Positions 20,216-30,370 of a stretch of 64,000 bases of DNA are shown one piece after another. Each line of letters begins with the position of its first letter. Position 1 is the first letter of the stretch. Source of the DNA: Dehalococcoidia bacterium (GTDB taxonomy: Bacteria > Chloroflexota > Dehalococcoidia > Bin125). The position numbers and the translations under genes are program-made. The notes beneath the pieces are model-generated. The model had not been told where the DNA came from. It worked only from the letters and a program-made list of their open reading frames with translations, and did no database searches. Location of the stretch: contig CAXXNO010000004.1 in assembly GCA_963663235.2 (NCBI GenBank), positions 1-64,000 on the forward strand, given 5' to 3'.

Positions 20216-23200
20216 TCAGTACCCGAAAACCAAGAGCTCGCCGACCGAGATGAAGTAGGCCGGACCGCCGGGGGCGCCGATGATGCGGATCCCGTCGCCG
20301 CTGATCGGATCGAAGGTCAGCGTGAAGATCTCGAAGTCGATATCGTTGTCGGCGGCGGGGTAGGCGGGCGTGATCGAGAGGCCGGTGACCTCAGCCCAGA
20401 CGCCGCCCTGGCGAATCTGCACGGTCAGGGACTCGAACCAGCCCCCATCGAAGAAGTTTTTCCCCTCCTGGAACACGACGCGCGTGAACAAGTGCGAGCT
20501 GCCGAAGCTGTAGCCGATCCAGTCTTCGGCAACCGGGTCGAAGCCGTCGAAGGTATCGTATTGGCGTAGGGGGAAGTCCCCGTCCGGCGGCATGTCGCCA
20601 TCACGAATGACCTCAATGTCGGGGTTGCCGGCGCCCGTCGGCGCCGTGACCCGAGCGATGATGGCGCCGAGTTGCGTGAGGTCGCTTTCGTCGCCCGAGG
20701 CAACGGTGATCGAGACGGCATCGGGCGCGCTGGCGAACTCGCCGTCGCCGACCACGAGCTCGAAGGTGAAGACGGTGTCAATGGTGACCGTGGGGGCGGT
20801 GAAGGACGGCTGGACGCCGCTGGGGTCGGACAGCGTCACGACCGGCCCGGCGGTCTGGGTCCAGGCGTATGTCAGGAGGTCACCGTCGGGGTCGCTGGAG
20901 CCGCTGCCGTCGAGCGTCACGAGCGTGGCGGGCAGCGCTGTCTGGGCGTCCCCCGCGTCGGCGATGGGTGGTTCGTTGGCCGGCGTCGTGCCGTCACCGA
21001 CGCCGAAGACCTCGAGCTCCGCGACGGAGATGAACTCGGAGAGGCCACCGGGGGCGCCGAAGAGGCGGATAGCATCGCCTTCGATGGGAGCAAACGAGAG
21101 CGTGTAGGTCTCGAAGGCGAGGCCGTTGTCGGCGGCGGGGTAGGCCGGGGAGATGGAGAGGCCGGAGACCTCGACCCAGACGCCGCCCTGGCGGACCTGG
21201 ATGGTGAGGGAATCGAACCAGCCGCCGTCCCAGTAGTGCGTGCCTTCCTGGAAGACGACGCGGGTGAAGGTCTGGCTGGAGGCGAAGCTGTAGCCGATCC
21301 AGTCCTCGGCGGCTGCGTTGAAGCCGTCGTAGGTGTCGTACTGGCGGGTGGGGTCGGCGGTAGCGGTGGGGTTGGTGGGGGGCTTGTCGCCGTCACGGAT
21401 GATTTCGATGTCGGGGCTGCCGCCGCCGCTGAGAGGCGCGGTTACCCGGGCGATGACGGCGCCGAGTTGGGTGAGGTCGCCGCCGAGGGTGGGGCTGACA
21501 GTGATCGAAACGGCGTTGACCGGGCTGGAGAGCTCTCCGTCGCTGACCACAAGCTCAAAAGTGAAGACGGTATCGGCGGTGACTTCCGGTGCGACGAAGG
21601 AGGGCTGAGCGACGGTGGCGTCGGACAGCGTCACGGCGTCCCCTGCACTCTGGGTCCAAGCGTAGGTCAGGAGGTCGCCGTCGGGGTCGCTGGAGCCGCT
21701 GCCGTCGAGCGTCACGAGCGTGGCGGGCAGCACTGTCTGGGCGCCCCCCGCGTCGGCGATGGGCGGTTCGTTGGCCGGCGTCGTGGCGTCACCGACGCCG
21801 AAGACTTCGAGCTCGCCGACCGAGATGAAGTCATCGGAGCCGCCGGGGGCGCCGAAGAGGCGGATGGCGTCGCCCGGAATGGGGGCGAAGGAGAGCGTGT
21901 AGGTCTCGAAGGCGAGGCCGTTGTTGGCGGCGGGGTAGGCGGGATCTACGGTGAGGCCGGTCGCCTCGACCCAGACGCCGCCCTGACGCACCTGGACGCT
22001 GAGGGAGTCGAACCAGCCGCCGTTCGAGAAGTGCATGCCCTCCTGGAAGACGACGCGCGTGAACGTACGCGGCGATGGATAGGCATAACCGATCCAGTCC
22101 TCGGCGGCGGCGTTGGCGCCGTCGTGGGTGTCGTACTGACGGGTGGGGTCAGCGGTGCCGACGGGGGGCTTGTCGCCGTCGCGGATGACGGCCAAGTCCG
22201 GGTTGCCGCCGCCGGTAGGCGTTGGCACCTGAGCGATGATGTTCCCGTCCTGGGTCAGGTCGCAGGCGTCATCGGGCGGGCCACAGGCGGCCGTGTCCGG
22301 CCCGAACGTGGCGACAAACCCCGCGGCCGTGCCCGGTGCGACGATGGTGTGCGTCCGTGCTCCGCCGTCCGACCACTCGATGAACCCGTACGTCGTATCG
22401 TCCAGCGTCTGCGGGGATGCTGCGCTCACGGTATTGGCGGCGCCAACCATTACCGTCTCGACAAATGGTGTCGCTTCGCTGGAGGAGCCGACCACTAGCG
22501 AAAGGCCTGTCGGGATGGAGTCGAAGCTCAGATCGACGGTATTGGGCTGAGGCTCAACGGATTGGGTACTGGTCAGGCCGCCGGAATCCGTCGCCGTCAA
22601 CCGTAACTCGAGGAATGCGGGGTATTCGTGGTCTGGCCCCACGACCGTTCCGCTGGCGACACCGACATGGCTGGTCAGCGGGTGCTGGTGGCAGTCCGAG
22701 AGCGTGAAGCAGTGGTGCAGGATCACGTCCCAGCTCAGCGCGGACGGCGGCAGCGGACCATCCTCGGGATCGATCGCCGAGCCGGAGAAGTCGATGGAGT
22801 CCCCGACATCCCATTGGTCAGAGATCAGCGGCGTATCGATGGAGGCCGTCGGAGCGCCGTTGCCTACCGTGATGGTCGTGATAGCGGTACTGATGGCGCC
22901 GGCGCTGTCCGTGACTCGCAATCCGACCGTGACGGCGCCGGGAGCGGTGTAGGTGAATGACGGTGCGATGGCGCTGGAGTCGTCGAAGAAGCCGGCTCCG
23001 TCCAGTTCCCAGTCGAAGGTGATGGCATCGCCTGGGTCGGGATCGCTGGAGCCTGAACCGTCGAAATTCACGGTCAACGGGGTGGGCCCGTTGGTCGGAG
23101 TGGCCGCCATCGCCGCGACGGGCGGCTGATTGGCGCTGAAGTAGCGGACGCGGCGGATCGTACCTCCGATGAGATCGACATAGAACAGGTCGCCGTTCGG

Positions 23201-23998
23201 ACCGATCTCGATCTCCACCGGCGTCGCTGCGAAGGCGACGAATGTTTCGATGGTCGCGGGGTCGGGGGTACCGTCTGGTCCTGCGAACATCGCCCAAATG
23301 CATTCTCGCGAGAAGTCGGCGAAGAAAAGCGCCCCGTCATAAGCGGGCGGGTACGCGCCGCCCTCATAGAACGCCAGGCCGGTCACGGAAGAGCTGCCCG
23401 CGCCGCACACCCCGTCGGGCACCACGACGCCGTCGTGGCGATAGGCGTAATGCGGACCGGTCACCGCGCCCGACTCGGCGTATAAGTCCTCGCAGATGTT
23501 CAGGTCCACGGCGTCAAAGGTGGGCTCCCGACCGCCCCCCTCGTAGCAAGGCCAGCCGAAGTTCTCGACGATGCCGTCGGTGGGCGATGCAATCCGGTTC
23601 AGTTCCTCCCACATGCCCCACCCCACGTCACCGACCCAGATCTCGCTGGTCCCGGGTCGCAGAGTCATGCGGAAGGGATTGCGCAGGCCGTAGGCGATGA
23701 TGCGGTCGTCGTCGGCGACGCTGCCGCCGAAGAGGGGGTTGTCCGGGAGGGCCGCGCCCGTGTTCGGATTGACGCGCATGACTGTGCCGTCCAGGGAGAC
23801 CGGGTCCCCGGGCGTGCGCAGGTCTTGGGCGCGCAGATTGCCTCCTTCGGCCGTCGGCAGCGGCATCGGCCCACCGACGCCGCCCGGCGAATCTCCGCAG
23901 GGGTTCACCGGGTCGCCCAACTGGCCCCAATCGGGCTCCCCGAAGCTGCCGCCGTCGCCGGCGCTGAGGTAGAGCGCGCCGTCCGGTCCGAAGAAGAC
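20216..23998 (-). pseudogene. 5'-truncated PQQ-dependent sugar dehydrogenase (GSDH) with PKD domains and three copies of a ~150-aa repeat
   Basis: FGPDGALYLSAGDG, AYGLRNPFR, DVGW, NFGWPCYEG; PKD motifs (FDGSGSSDPD, LTYAWTQ); the frame begins abruptly at the IS3 end. Confidence 0.85.
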
Positions 23999-25240
23999 TG
24001 ACCTGCCCCCCCAGAACCGGTCCAGATCCTGTGCGAGGATTCGGGCCGGTGCGAAGGGAGTCGGCATGGCACGCAAGCGGTACGCGGCCGAGGAGATCAT
24101 CGGCCACCTGCGGGAGGCGGAGGGGGTGCTCGCGCAGGGGGAATCGGTCGCGCCGGTCGCGCGCCGCCTCGGCGCGGCCGAGCCAACGTATTACCGCTGG
24201 CGGCGGGAGGACGGGGGGCTGCGGGTCGACCAGGCCAAGCGGCTGAAAGAACGGGAGCGCGAGAACAGTCGGCTGAAGCGGGTGGTGGCCGATCAGGCGC
24301 GGGCCAACGCGATGGTGCGGGACGGCGCAGCGGGAAACTTCTGAGCCCGGCCAAGCGGCGCCGGGCGACATCCTACCGCACGGACCCGTACGCGGTGGCG
24401 GAGCGGCGGGCCTGCCCGGTCACCGGCCAGGCGCGGGCGACCCAGCGCGACGTGCCCCGGCCGTCCCCGGATGCGCCGGCGCTGATCGCGCGCAGCGTCG
24501 CGCTGGCCCCCCGCTGCGGCCGCTACGGCTCCCGTCGCATCCCGGCCCGGCTGCGCCAGGCGGGCTGGCGGGTGAACCCCAAGCGGGTCGAGCGGCGCTG
24601 GCGTCAGGAAGGCTGGCGGGTCCCCGGGAAGCACCCCCAACGGGGCCGCCGCTGGCTCGCGGCCGGCTCGCTGGTGCGGCGGCGGGCCGAGCGGCCGTCC
24701 CACGTCTGGTCCTCCGCCTTCGTCTTCGACCGCACCGCCGAGGGGCGCCCGGTGCGGATCCTCGCCATCGTGGATGAGGACCACCCGCGAGGGCCTGCGT
24801 CTCGACGTCGCCCGCCGACGGCGCCGCGACGACGGCCTGGCGCGGTTGGCCCAGCTGTTCGTCGAGCGCGGGCCGCCGACGTTTCTGCGGTCCGCCAACG
24901 GCCCGGCGTGCACCGCCACCGCGGTGCGGGACTGGCTGCACCGGGTCGGGGGCACGACCCGCTTCATCGAACCGGGCAGGCCTTGGGCGAACGGCTCTGG
25001 GGAATCGTTCAACGGCAAGCTGCGCGACGCGTGCCTCAATCGCGAGCGCTTCGACACCCTGCTGGAAGCCCAGATCCTCATCGCGGGCTGGCGGCGGGAG
25101 GACAACCCGATCCGCCCCCACCGTGCCCTCGGCTACCGCCCCCCCGCCCCGGAAACGCAGCAACCCCGGGAACGTCCCATGACGCGCGTCCCGGCGATCG
25201 GACTCACTTAACGACTGGTACAACGATCGGGGGCAGGTCA
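23999..25240 (+). mobile_element. IS3-family element, copy 1 (hypermutated, inactive)
   Basis: TGACCTGCCCC...GGGGCAGGTCA termini; orfA 24066-24344; GGGAAAC slippery site 24332-24338; DDE residues lost (WSSAF, RSANG); no TSD. Confidence 0.95.
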
Positions 25241-25698
25241 CCGGGGCCCGATAGATGCGGGGCCGAACCCCGGTCCACGCCTGCACAACACACCGCGATC
25301 TGGCTTGCGTGTGGCATCTCGACACTCCGGCACGCCGCTTCCGATGTGTGCTCATGGTGCGATCCACCGCGGATCGGTTGACTCTTGGGTCGGACCCGTC
25401 CCGTCGGGCGGTTAGTGCTCCGGGTCCGTCCGGCGGTTCGTCCCCCAGCAACTGTCGTGGGCGTGTGACGTTGGAGGAGACGATGTCATCGCGCAAGACG
25501 CAGCATCGCCACGCACACGGAGAAGGTGAGGAGTCCTGTCAGCGCGGCGACCGTGCGGCGGCGTCGGGGCGTTCGCCCGCCGTCGTCCAGTTGGGCGGAC
25601 ATTCCTGCACCTACAGACGGCGAGCAGCTTGGCGGCGCGCCCGTTGGTCGTGCACGCAACCTCCCGTGCCTCAGGCGTGTTCGCGATACTGCCGCAGA

Positions 25699-26379
25699 CT
25701 AGTACCAGATCGCGATCGGGCGGCCGTCGTCGTCGCGCTCGGGCGGCGATGGGAGCGAGACCGCCTCTCCCGCGGCGATGCGGCCAGCGCTCCAGGCAGC
25801 CACGGCGGCGTCAAGAATGTCGTCCGCGGCGACGGTCCCCACCTCCCCCAGCGCGTCGGGGATGCGGATGGCGACCCCCGCCAGCAAGGCGCGCCGTTCC
25901 GTCTGACCGTTCCACTGCCGCTTGGACGCCGCGAGTGGGCGACCCGCCAGCGCGTGAAACGACACCTCGGGATGCACCTCGTGCACACGCGCGTCCTGCG
26001 CGGCCACGGGCTCGACATCGAGGATCTTCCCCGCGATGGCGAAACTCTGCCGGGCGAGACCCCGGCCGGTCAGTGCGCGAGAGCAGTCGTTCGCGGTTGC
26101 CCAATCCGGCGCCGTGAGGACGACACGGAGTGGCACCGCAAAGACGCTGGACGCGCGGCGCCCCAGCATGGCGCGCGCGGCGACATCGGCCGCGCGCGGC
26201 CGGGCGGGCGAGGACGGGTAGTCGATCGGCATATCCACGCCGATCACGGCCGCGTCACCCGCTGCGCCGACGCCGTCGGCGAAGCGGGCATGCAGCGCCG
26301 CGGACGCAAACGCGCCGTCCTCCAGTCGGACGAACATCCAGCCGCGCGCGCAGCCGTCGACACCGATCACGACCGGCAT
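25699..26379 (-). CDS. DUF429 family protein (predicted RNase H-fold nuclease)
   Basis: IGVDGC..GW, IGVDMPI, EVHPEVSF, DDILDA, C-terminal IWY. Confidence 0.88.
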   Translation of the reverse strand: MPVVIGVDGCARGWMFVRLEDGAFASAALHARFADGVGAAGDAAVIGVDMPIDYPSSPARPRAADVAARAMLGRRASSVFAVPLRVVLTAPDWATANDCSRALTGRGLARQSFAIAGKILDVEPVAAQDARVHEVHPEVSFHALAGRPLAASKRQWNGQTERRALLAGVAIRIPDALGEVGTVAADDILDAAVAAWSAGRIAAGEAVSLPSPPERDDDGRPIAIWY

Positions 26380-26594
26380 GTGCGACATACTGACACAGGC
26401 GCCGAGGCGGAGCACTCCCCCCACGCGATTCGCTCTGCTTGCACGACGGGAGCCGCGCCAGCCATCGCCTCGACGAGAACAGACGGCACGTTGCGCGACC
26501 CGATGCCTCCCTCAGTTGCAGCGCGACCGGAAGTGGAGCGCCTCGTTCCGGTAGCGTATGCACACGACAGGACGGCCCCGCATTCTCGGCTCCG

Positions 26595-26821
26595 CTGCTG
26601 CGCCGCCTCGGCCGAGCGGCGGACTTGCCCATCGCTTCCGCCACACGTTCGCCACCTGGGCCATCGCGCATGACGCGCGCGAGCTCGATGTCCAGCACCT
26701 GCTCGGCCACAGCTCCCCGGAGATGGTGCGGCGCTACAGCGCGACCTACGGCAGCGCCCAGGCCGCCGCGCGCCACGCCGCCTTCTCTCCGGGCGACGGC
26801 ATGCTCGTCGCCGCACGCTGA
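26595..26821 (+). pseudogene. Tyrosine recombinase C-terminal remnant
   Basis: HRFRHTFA...VQHLLGHSSPEMVRRY (HxxR, H, Y catalytic motifs); N-terminus absent. Confidence 0.9.
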
Positions 26822-27214
26822 GCGGACTACCGCGCCCAGATCCGCCGGAGTCCTTCGTCTGGGTCACCGTCAAGCACCGTCGTCCCGAAAGTGAACACCA
26901 GGGCGCCGACAGTCGCCTTCAGTCGGTGACGAGGCAAGTGCCGATAGGGCAAGAGGTGCGTAGCCGATCATGGACATCGCCGAATGGACAGCACGCTGAC
27001 GCTCGACGCCGAGCTTGGAGAAGGGCGAGCCAGCAGGCAGGAGGTCAGGCCTAGAGACCACCGTCGGCAGAGACCACAACCGCCCGGAGGTGGCCTAGTC
27101 TTAGACCGATCATCTGGCCTAGATCAAGAGCGATCAGAAAGAGTTCGCTCAACGGAAGGGCCGGAGCGGGCATATCAGCGTAGGCGGGCACGCAACCTCA
27201 GGAGAAGCGTCACC

Positions 27215-28417
27215 ATGTCCAACGTGCGGTTGTCGTCGTCATTCGGTTACCCGGTTGGTGTGCTCTTGCTCGGGGCGCTGTTATGTGGACTGCTCACGTC
27301 CAGCACGCCTCGCGTTTGGGCTGAGCAACCCACGGTTGGACCGAGATATTCTTCGGCACCGATTACCAGCACCGACCTGCTCAACATGACGTACCCGAGC
27401 ACATTCACCGCAGAGCCTGAGGTCACGCTGGTCGACGGGTTCTACACGGAACCGGTCGCACCCGAGTTGGCGGCGAAGATCGGCATAGAGTTCCGGCGGG
27501 CCGCGTTCGGCACCATTGATGGACGAGACGCGGCGGCGGTGGTGTTGGCGAGTAGCGGGGGAGGATCAGGGACGTTCTATGAACTACACCTGGTCATGCG
27601 GGCAAATGACGGGCGCCTACGCTCCATCGCCCAGAAAGAACTGGGCGACCGCATCGGTCTGCAAGGTCTCACGTTCATTGACGAGGCCATCCGGGTCGAT
27701 TTCACCGGATTTGCACCCGGTGACGCGGCTTGCTGCCCGACGCTCAACGTTGCCCATGAATATGTCCCGGAAGAAGGGACGCTTGAGTTGGTAAGGGCGG
27801 AAGAGGCGCCGGCGCTGCTCGCGATTCCCGAAGGGCTGAGCATCATCGGCTGGTTCGGCCGACCAACGACATCGTCCGCAATCCTGGGCGCGTCGCCACC
27901 GCTTGAGACAATCTGGGCCTACGTGCCAGAGAACGGTTCCTGGCTTGCCGATTCTCGACTGCTGCCCAACTCCGTCCGCCAAACGATCCTGGTTGATCGA
28001 GGCAGCGGCCTGTTTGTGGTAGCCCGTTGGGCGACAGAGATACCCGTGCCTCTCATACCACCGCCAGCTGCCTGTCCGCTCAATCCCGGTCCCCCGAATC
28101 CCACAAACCCGTCCATAATCGTGCATCTCCCGGGCAATGGCGAAGTACTCAGCGGCACGGTTCCCGTGGCCGGCCGGGCTCGGGTCTTCGAGGGAACTGT
28201 GAGCATTCGGGTGCTCGCTGCAGACGGTTCAGTCCTCGCCGACACGTTCACGACGGCTGAAGTTGGTGGGCCGTCGTTCGGAGCATTTGCATCCGAAGTT
28301 CCGGTCTCGGTGGCAGAGCAGACCGAGGCATGTGTGCAGATCTTCGAGGAGTCCGCTATGGACGGCAGTCACGTGAACGTCGTGCAGATCGGCGTGACCC
28401 TGATGCCTGCGCAATAG
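27215..28417 (+). CDS. Secreted protein with C-terminal Gmad2 Ig-like domain
   Basis: AGGAG RBS, signal peptide, SSGGGSGTFY motif, AGRARVFEGTV...GAF Gmad2 motif. Confidence 0.8.
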   Translation: MSNVRLSSSFGYPVGVLLLGALLCGLLTSSTPRVWAEQPTVGPRYSSAPITSTDLLNMTYPSTFTAEPEVTLVDGFYTEPVAPELAAKIGIEFRRAAFGTIDGRDAAAVVLASSGGGSGTFYELHLVMRANDGRLRSIAQKELGDRIGLQGLTFIDEAIRVDFTGFAPGDAACCPTLNVAHEYVPEEGTLELVRAEEAPALLAIPEGLSIIGWFGRPTTSSAILGASPPLETIWAYVPENGSWLADSRLLPNSVRQTILVDRGSGLFVVARWATEIPVPLIPPPAACPLNPGPPNPTNPSIIVHLPGNGEVLSGTVPVAGRARVFEGTVSIRVLAADGSVLADTFTTAEVGGPSFGAFASEVPVSVAEQTEACVQIFEESAMDGSHVNVVQIGVTLMPAQ

Positions 28418-28458
28418 CGGCATAAGTTGAGCTGCAAGTTCTGGTGTTCATAGCATCC

Positions 28459-29067
28459 GACATGGATGCCATCTGGGGCGAGTACATGGGCCGCGGCGCC
28501 GGGGTGCCGCCACCCGGGCGCAGCTCGATGGCGATGCGGGGGCTACTGGTGCCGGACGCCCTCCTCGTCGTCAACTGCTTCTTCCTGGCCCCGGACGCGC
28601 AGCACCAGAAGGTCGAGTCCCGCGAGGGCATCCGCTGGCACCCGGAGGACGTGCGCAACGTGCACTTCAGCCCCGGGCTGTGGGCGGGCGACTGGTTCTT
28701 CATGGCAGGAGCGGGGGCGATTCGGGACTACGAGAACTTCGTCTTCGTGACGGCGCCGCCCGGACTGCCGTACTACTTCTCCGACATCGAGATCCAGACG
28801 GAGTGGACGATGACGCTGCTGCGGGAGCAGCTGGAAGGGAACGACCTCTCCCTCGCCAACGTCGTGGATGCGCGCGTCTACCTGGTGCACGCGCAGCGGG
28901 ACTACCGGGCCTTCGCGCGCGCCTGGCGCCGCATCTGGGAGCCGGTGGGCCCCATGCCGAGCATGAACCTGCGCCCCTCGCGCCAGCGCGATGGGCGCGG
29001 CGGGATGATGATGGAGGAACTGATCGTGGAGATCGATCTGATCGCCCACCGTGAGCAGGGGAGCTAG
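28459..29067 (+). pseudogene. RidA-like multidomain protein, C-terminal fragment
   Basis: FSPGLWAGDWFFMAG, SLANVVDARVYL, LIVEIDLIA; no credible start. Confidence 0.6.
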
Positions 29068-29249
29068 CTAGCCCCTGCGGCGGCAGGCGTGAGCGCGTCA
29101 GGCCGCCCCTCGGGGCTACGGACTCCGGATGGCGACCGGGCGCCGCGTGCCGTGGCGCATTGATCGGAAGGACGACCCATGACGACGACGGCCGCACTGC
29201 CGATGAACGTACTCCCGGCCCCAGGCGCCAACCGCCAGCGGTTGGGAAG

Positions 29250-29380
29250 GCGGAGCTCGAAGCGGATCTGGCGTCCCTGTGCCTTGACGGCGATGACCGC
29301 GCGGGTCTGGTCCCAGCCCGAGGCGAACTCCTCCGCGCCGTAGCGCTGCAGCTCCTTCTCGATCGGGGCACGGCTGCGGC
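29250..29380 (-). pseudogene. Remnant of a conserved phage-type hypothetical protein
   Basis: SRAPIEKELQRYGAEEFASGWDQTRAVIAVKAQGRQIRFELRLP recalls the pattern SRxEIE..L.RYGA..F..GW......F....R.IRF..P. Confidence 0.5.
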
Positions 29381-29531
29381 GTAGCGGCTCACGACGCCTG
29401 CTCCAGCATTCGGTGGAGTCGTTCCAGTCCGACAACCTCAACGTTCGCGGCGTTTCAGAGGCGTCGCCGCTCGGTGTTTAGACTCCTCTCTCCCCGACCA
29501 ACCCCGCCTTTCTTCGACCTCGCGGCCACCG

Positions 29532-29956
29532 TTAAACCGGCCCAAACTCAGGCCGGGGGCGCAGGGCGGCGATGTCGTTCTCGTCGATGCGTAGTTCCTC
29601 GACCATGGCGTCGACGAAGTCGCGCCGCTTCTTGCGGCGACACTTTCTTACCGCTCCACAGCCGGGCCAACTCCTGCTCCAGATCCCGCTTCTGCCGGGT
29701 GTACTCGGCCTCGCCGAGGTCGCCCCACGTGAAGAGCTTGCGGAGGTTCGGCAACGCGACCTCCAAGCGCTGGCGCTCCGCCGACGCATCGACGCTCGGG
29801 GCTTCGATCGGGGCGGCGACGACCTGAGCCACCTTCGTCTCCCACCCGTACGGGAGGCGGAAAGCGCTCCGTGAGGAGTTGGGCGAACTGCTCCTCCAGC
29901 AGGGCGGCGACAAACGATTTACAGCCGGGGCAGTCGTTCCCTTCCGTGTGCCGCAT
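29532..29956 (-). pseudogene. Frameshifted C-terminal remnant of a large serine recombinase
   Basis: Coiled coil ERQRLE..LRKLFTWGDL.EAEY..K..LE.EL, then KRRDFVDAMVEELRI...RPRPEF, split over three frames. Confidence 0.6.
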
Positions 29957-30370
29957 CCGCCGCTGCCCGCCCCGACGCGCTCGAGGGCCCCGTGGAGATC
30001 ACGCGCCTCAGGCCGGTGATCCCCGCGAACGCCGATTATTGGGCGAAGACGGGACCGGGAGAGTAAGCCGCACGCCCTTTGTCGCCCCGTGCGGACGCTC
30101 TGAGAAGACGTGACTCTCCGGCTCCCTTCGCGGGTTGGGTATCGCTAGCACACGGAGTCCGGCTGATCGAGGACAGCACTTGTGGCGGCCTGACTACGGG
30201 TCAGCGAAAGCGATCATCGGGGGAGCGGCTCGGTTGATTCCGGAGGGACGTTCCTCATAGAGTGGCGCGCCGCGCGTTTCGCCGGTGACGCGACTCTCGC
30301 CTCCCTTATCGAGTAAGGAGGGACGCGGCGCGGCCCAGGTCGGTGGCCACGGCACACTGGGAGGCCCCTT

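Noticed and set aside
20672-22498. Long opposite-strand ORFs (also 30194-32065, 12884-14029, 34554-35954, 25255-26673)
   Set aside because: Expected antisense or alternate-frame shadows in high-GC DNA; no motifs.
23999-24100. N-terminus of the 1294-aa ORF
   Set aside because: These codons are IS3 terminal sequence; the ORF start is chimeric.
23999-25240. Diversity-generating retroelement as the cause of the mutations
   Set aside because: No reverse transcriptase in the window; changes include both A->C and T->G on one strand rather than A->N.
30055-30125. Glycine riboswitch or hammerhead ribozyme
   Set aside because: GGGAGAG is present but CGCCGAAG and CTCTCAGG are missing; the nearby CTGATCGA...GAAA does not fit the hammerhead core.
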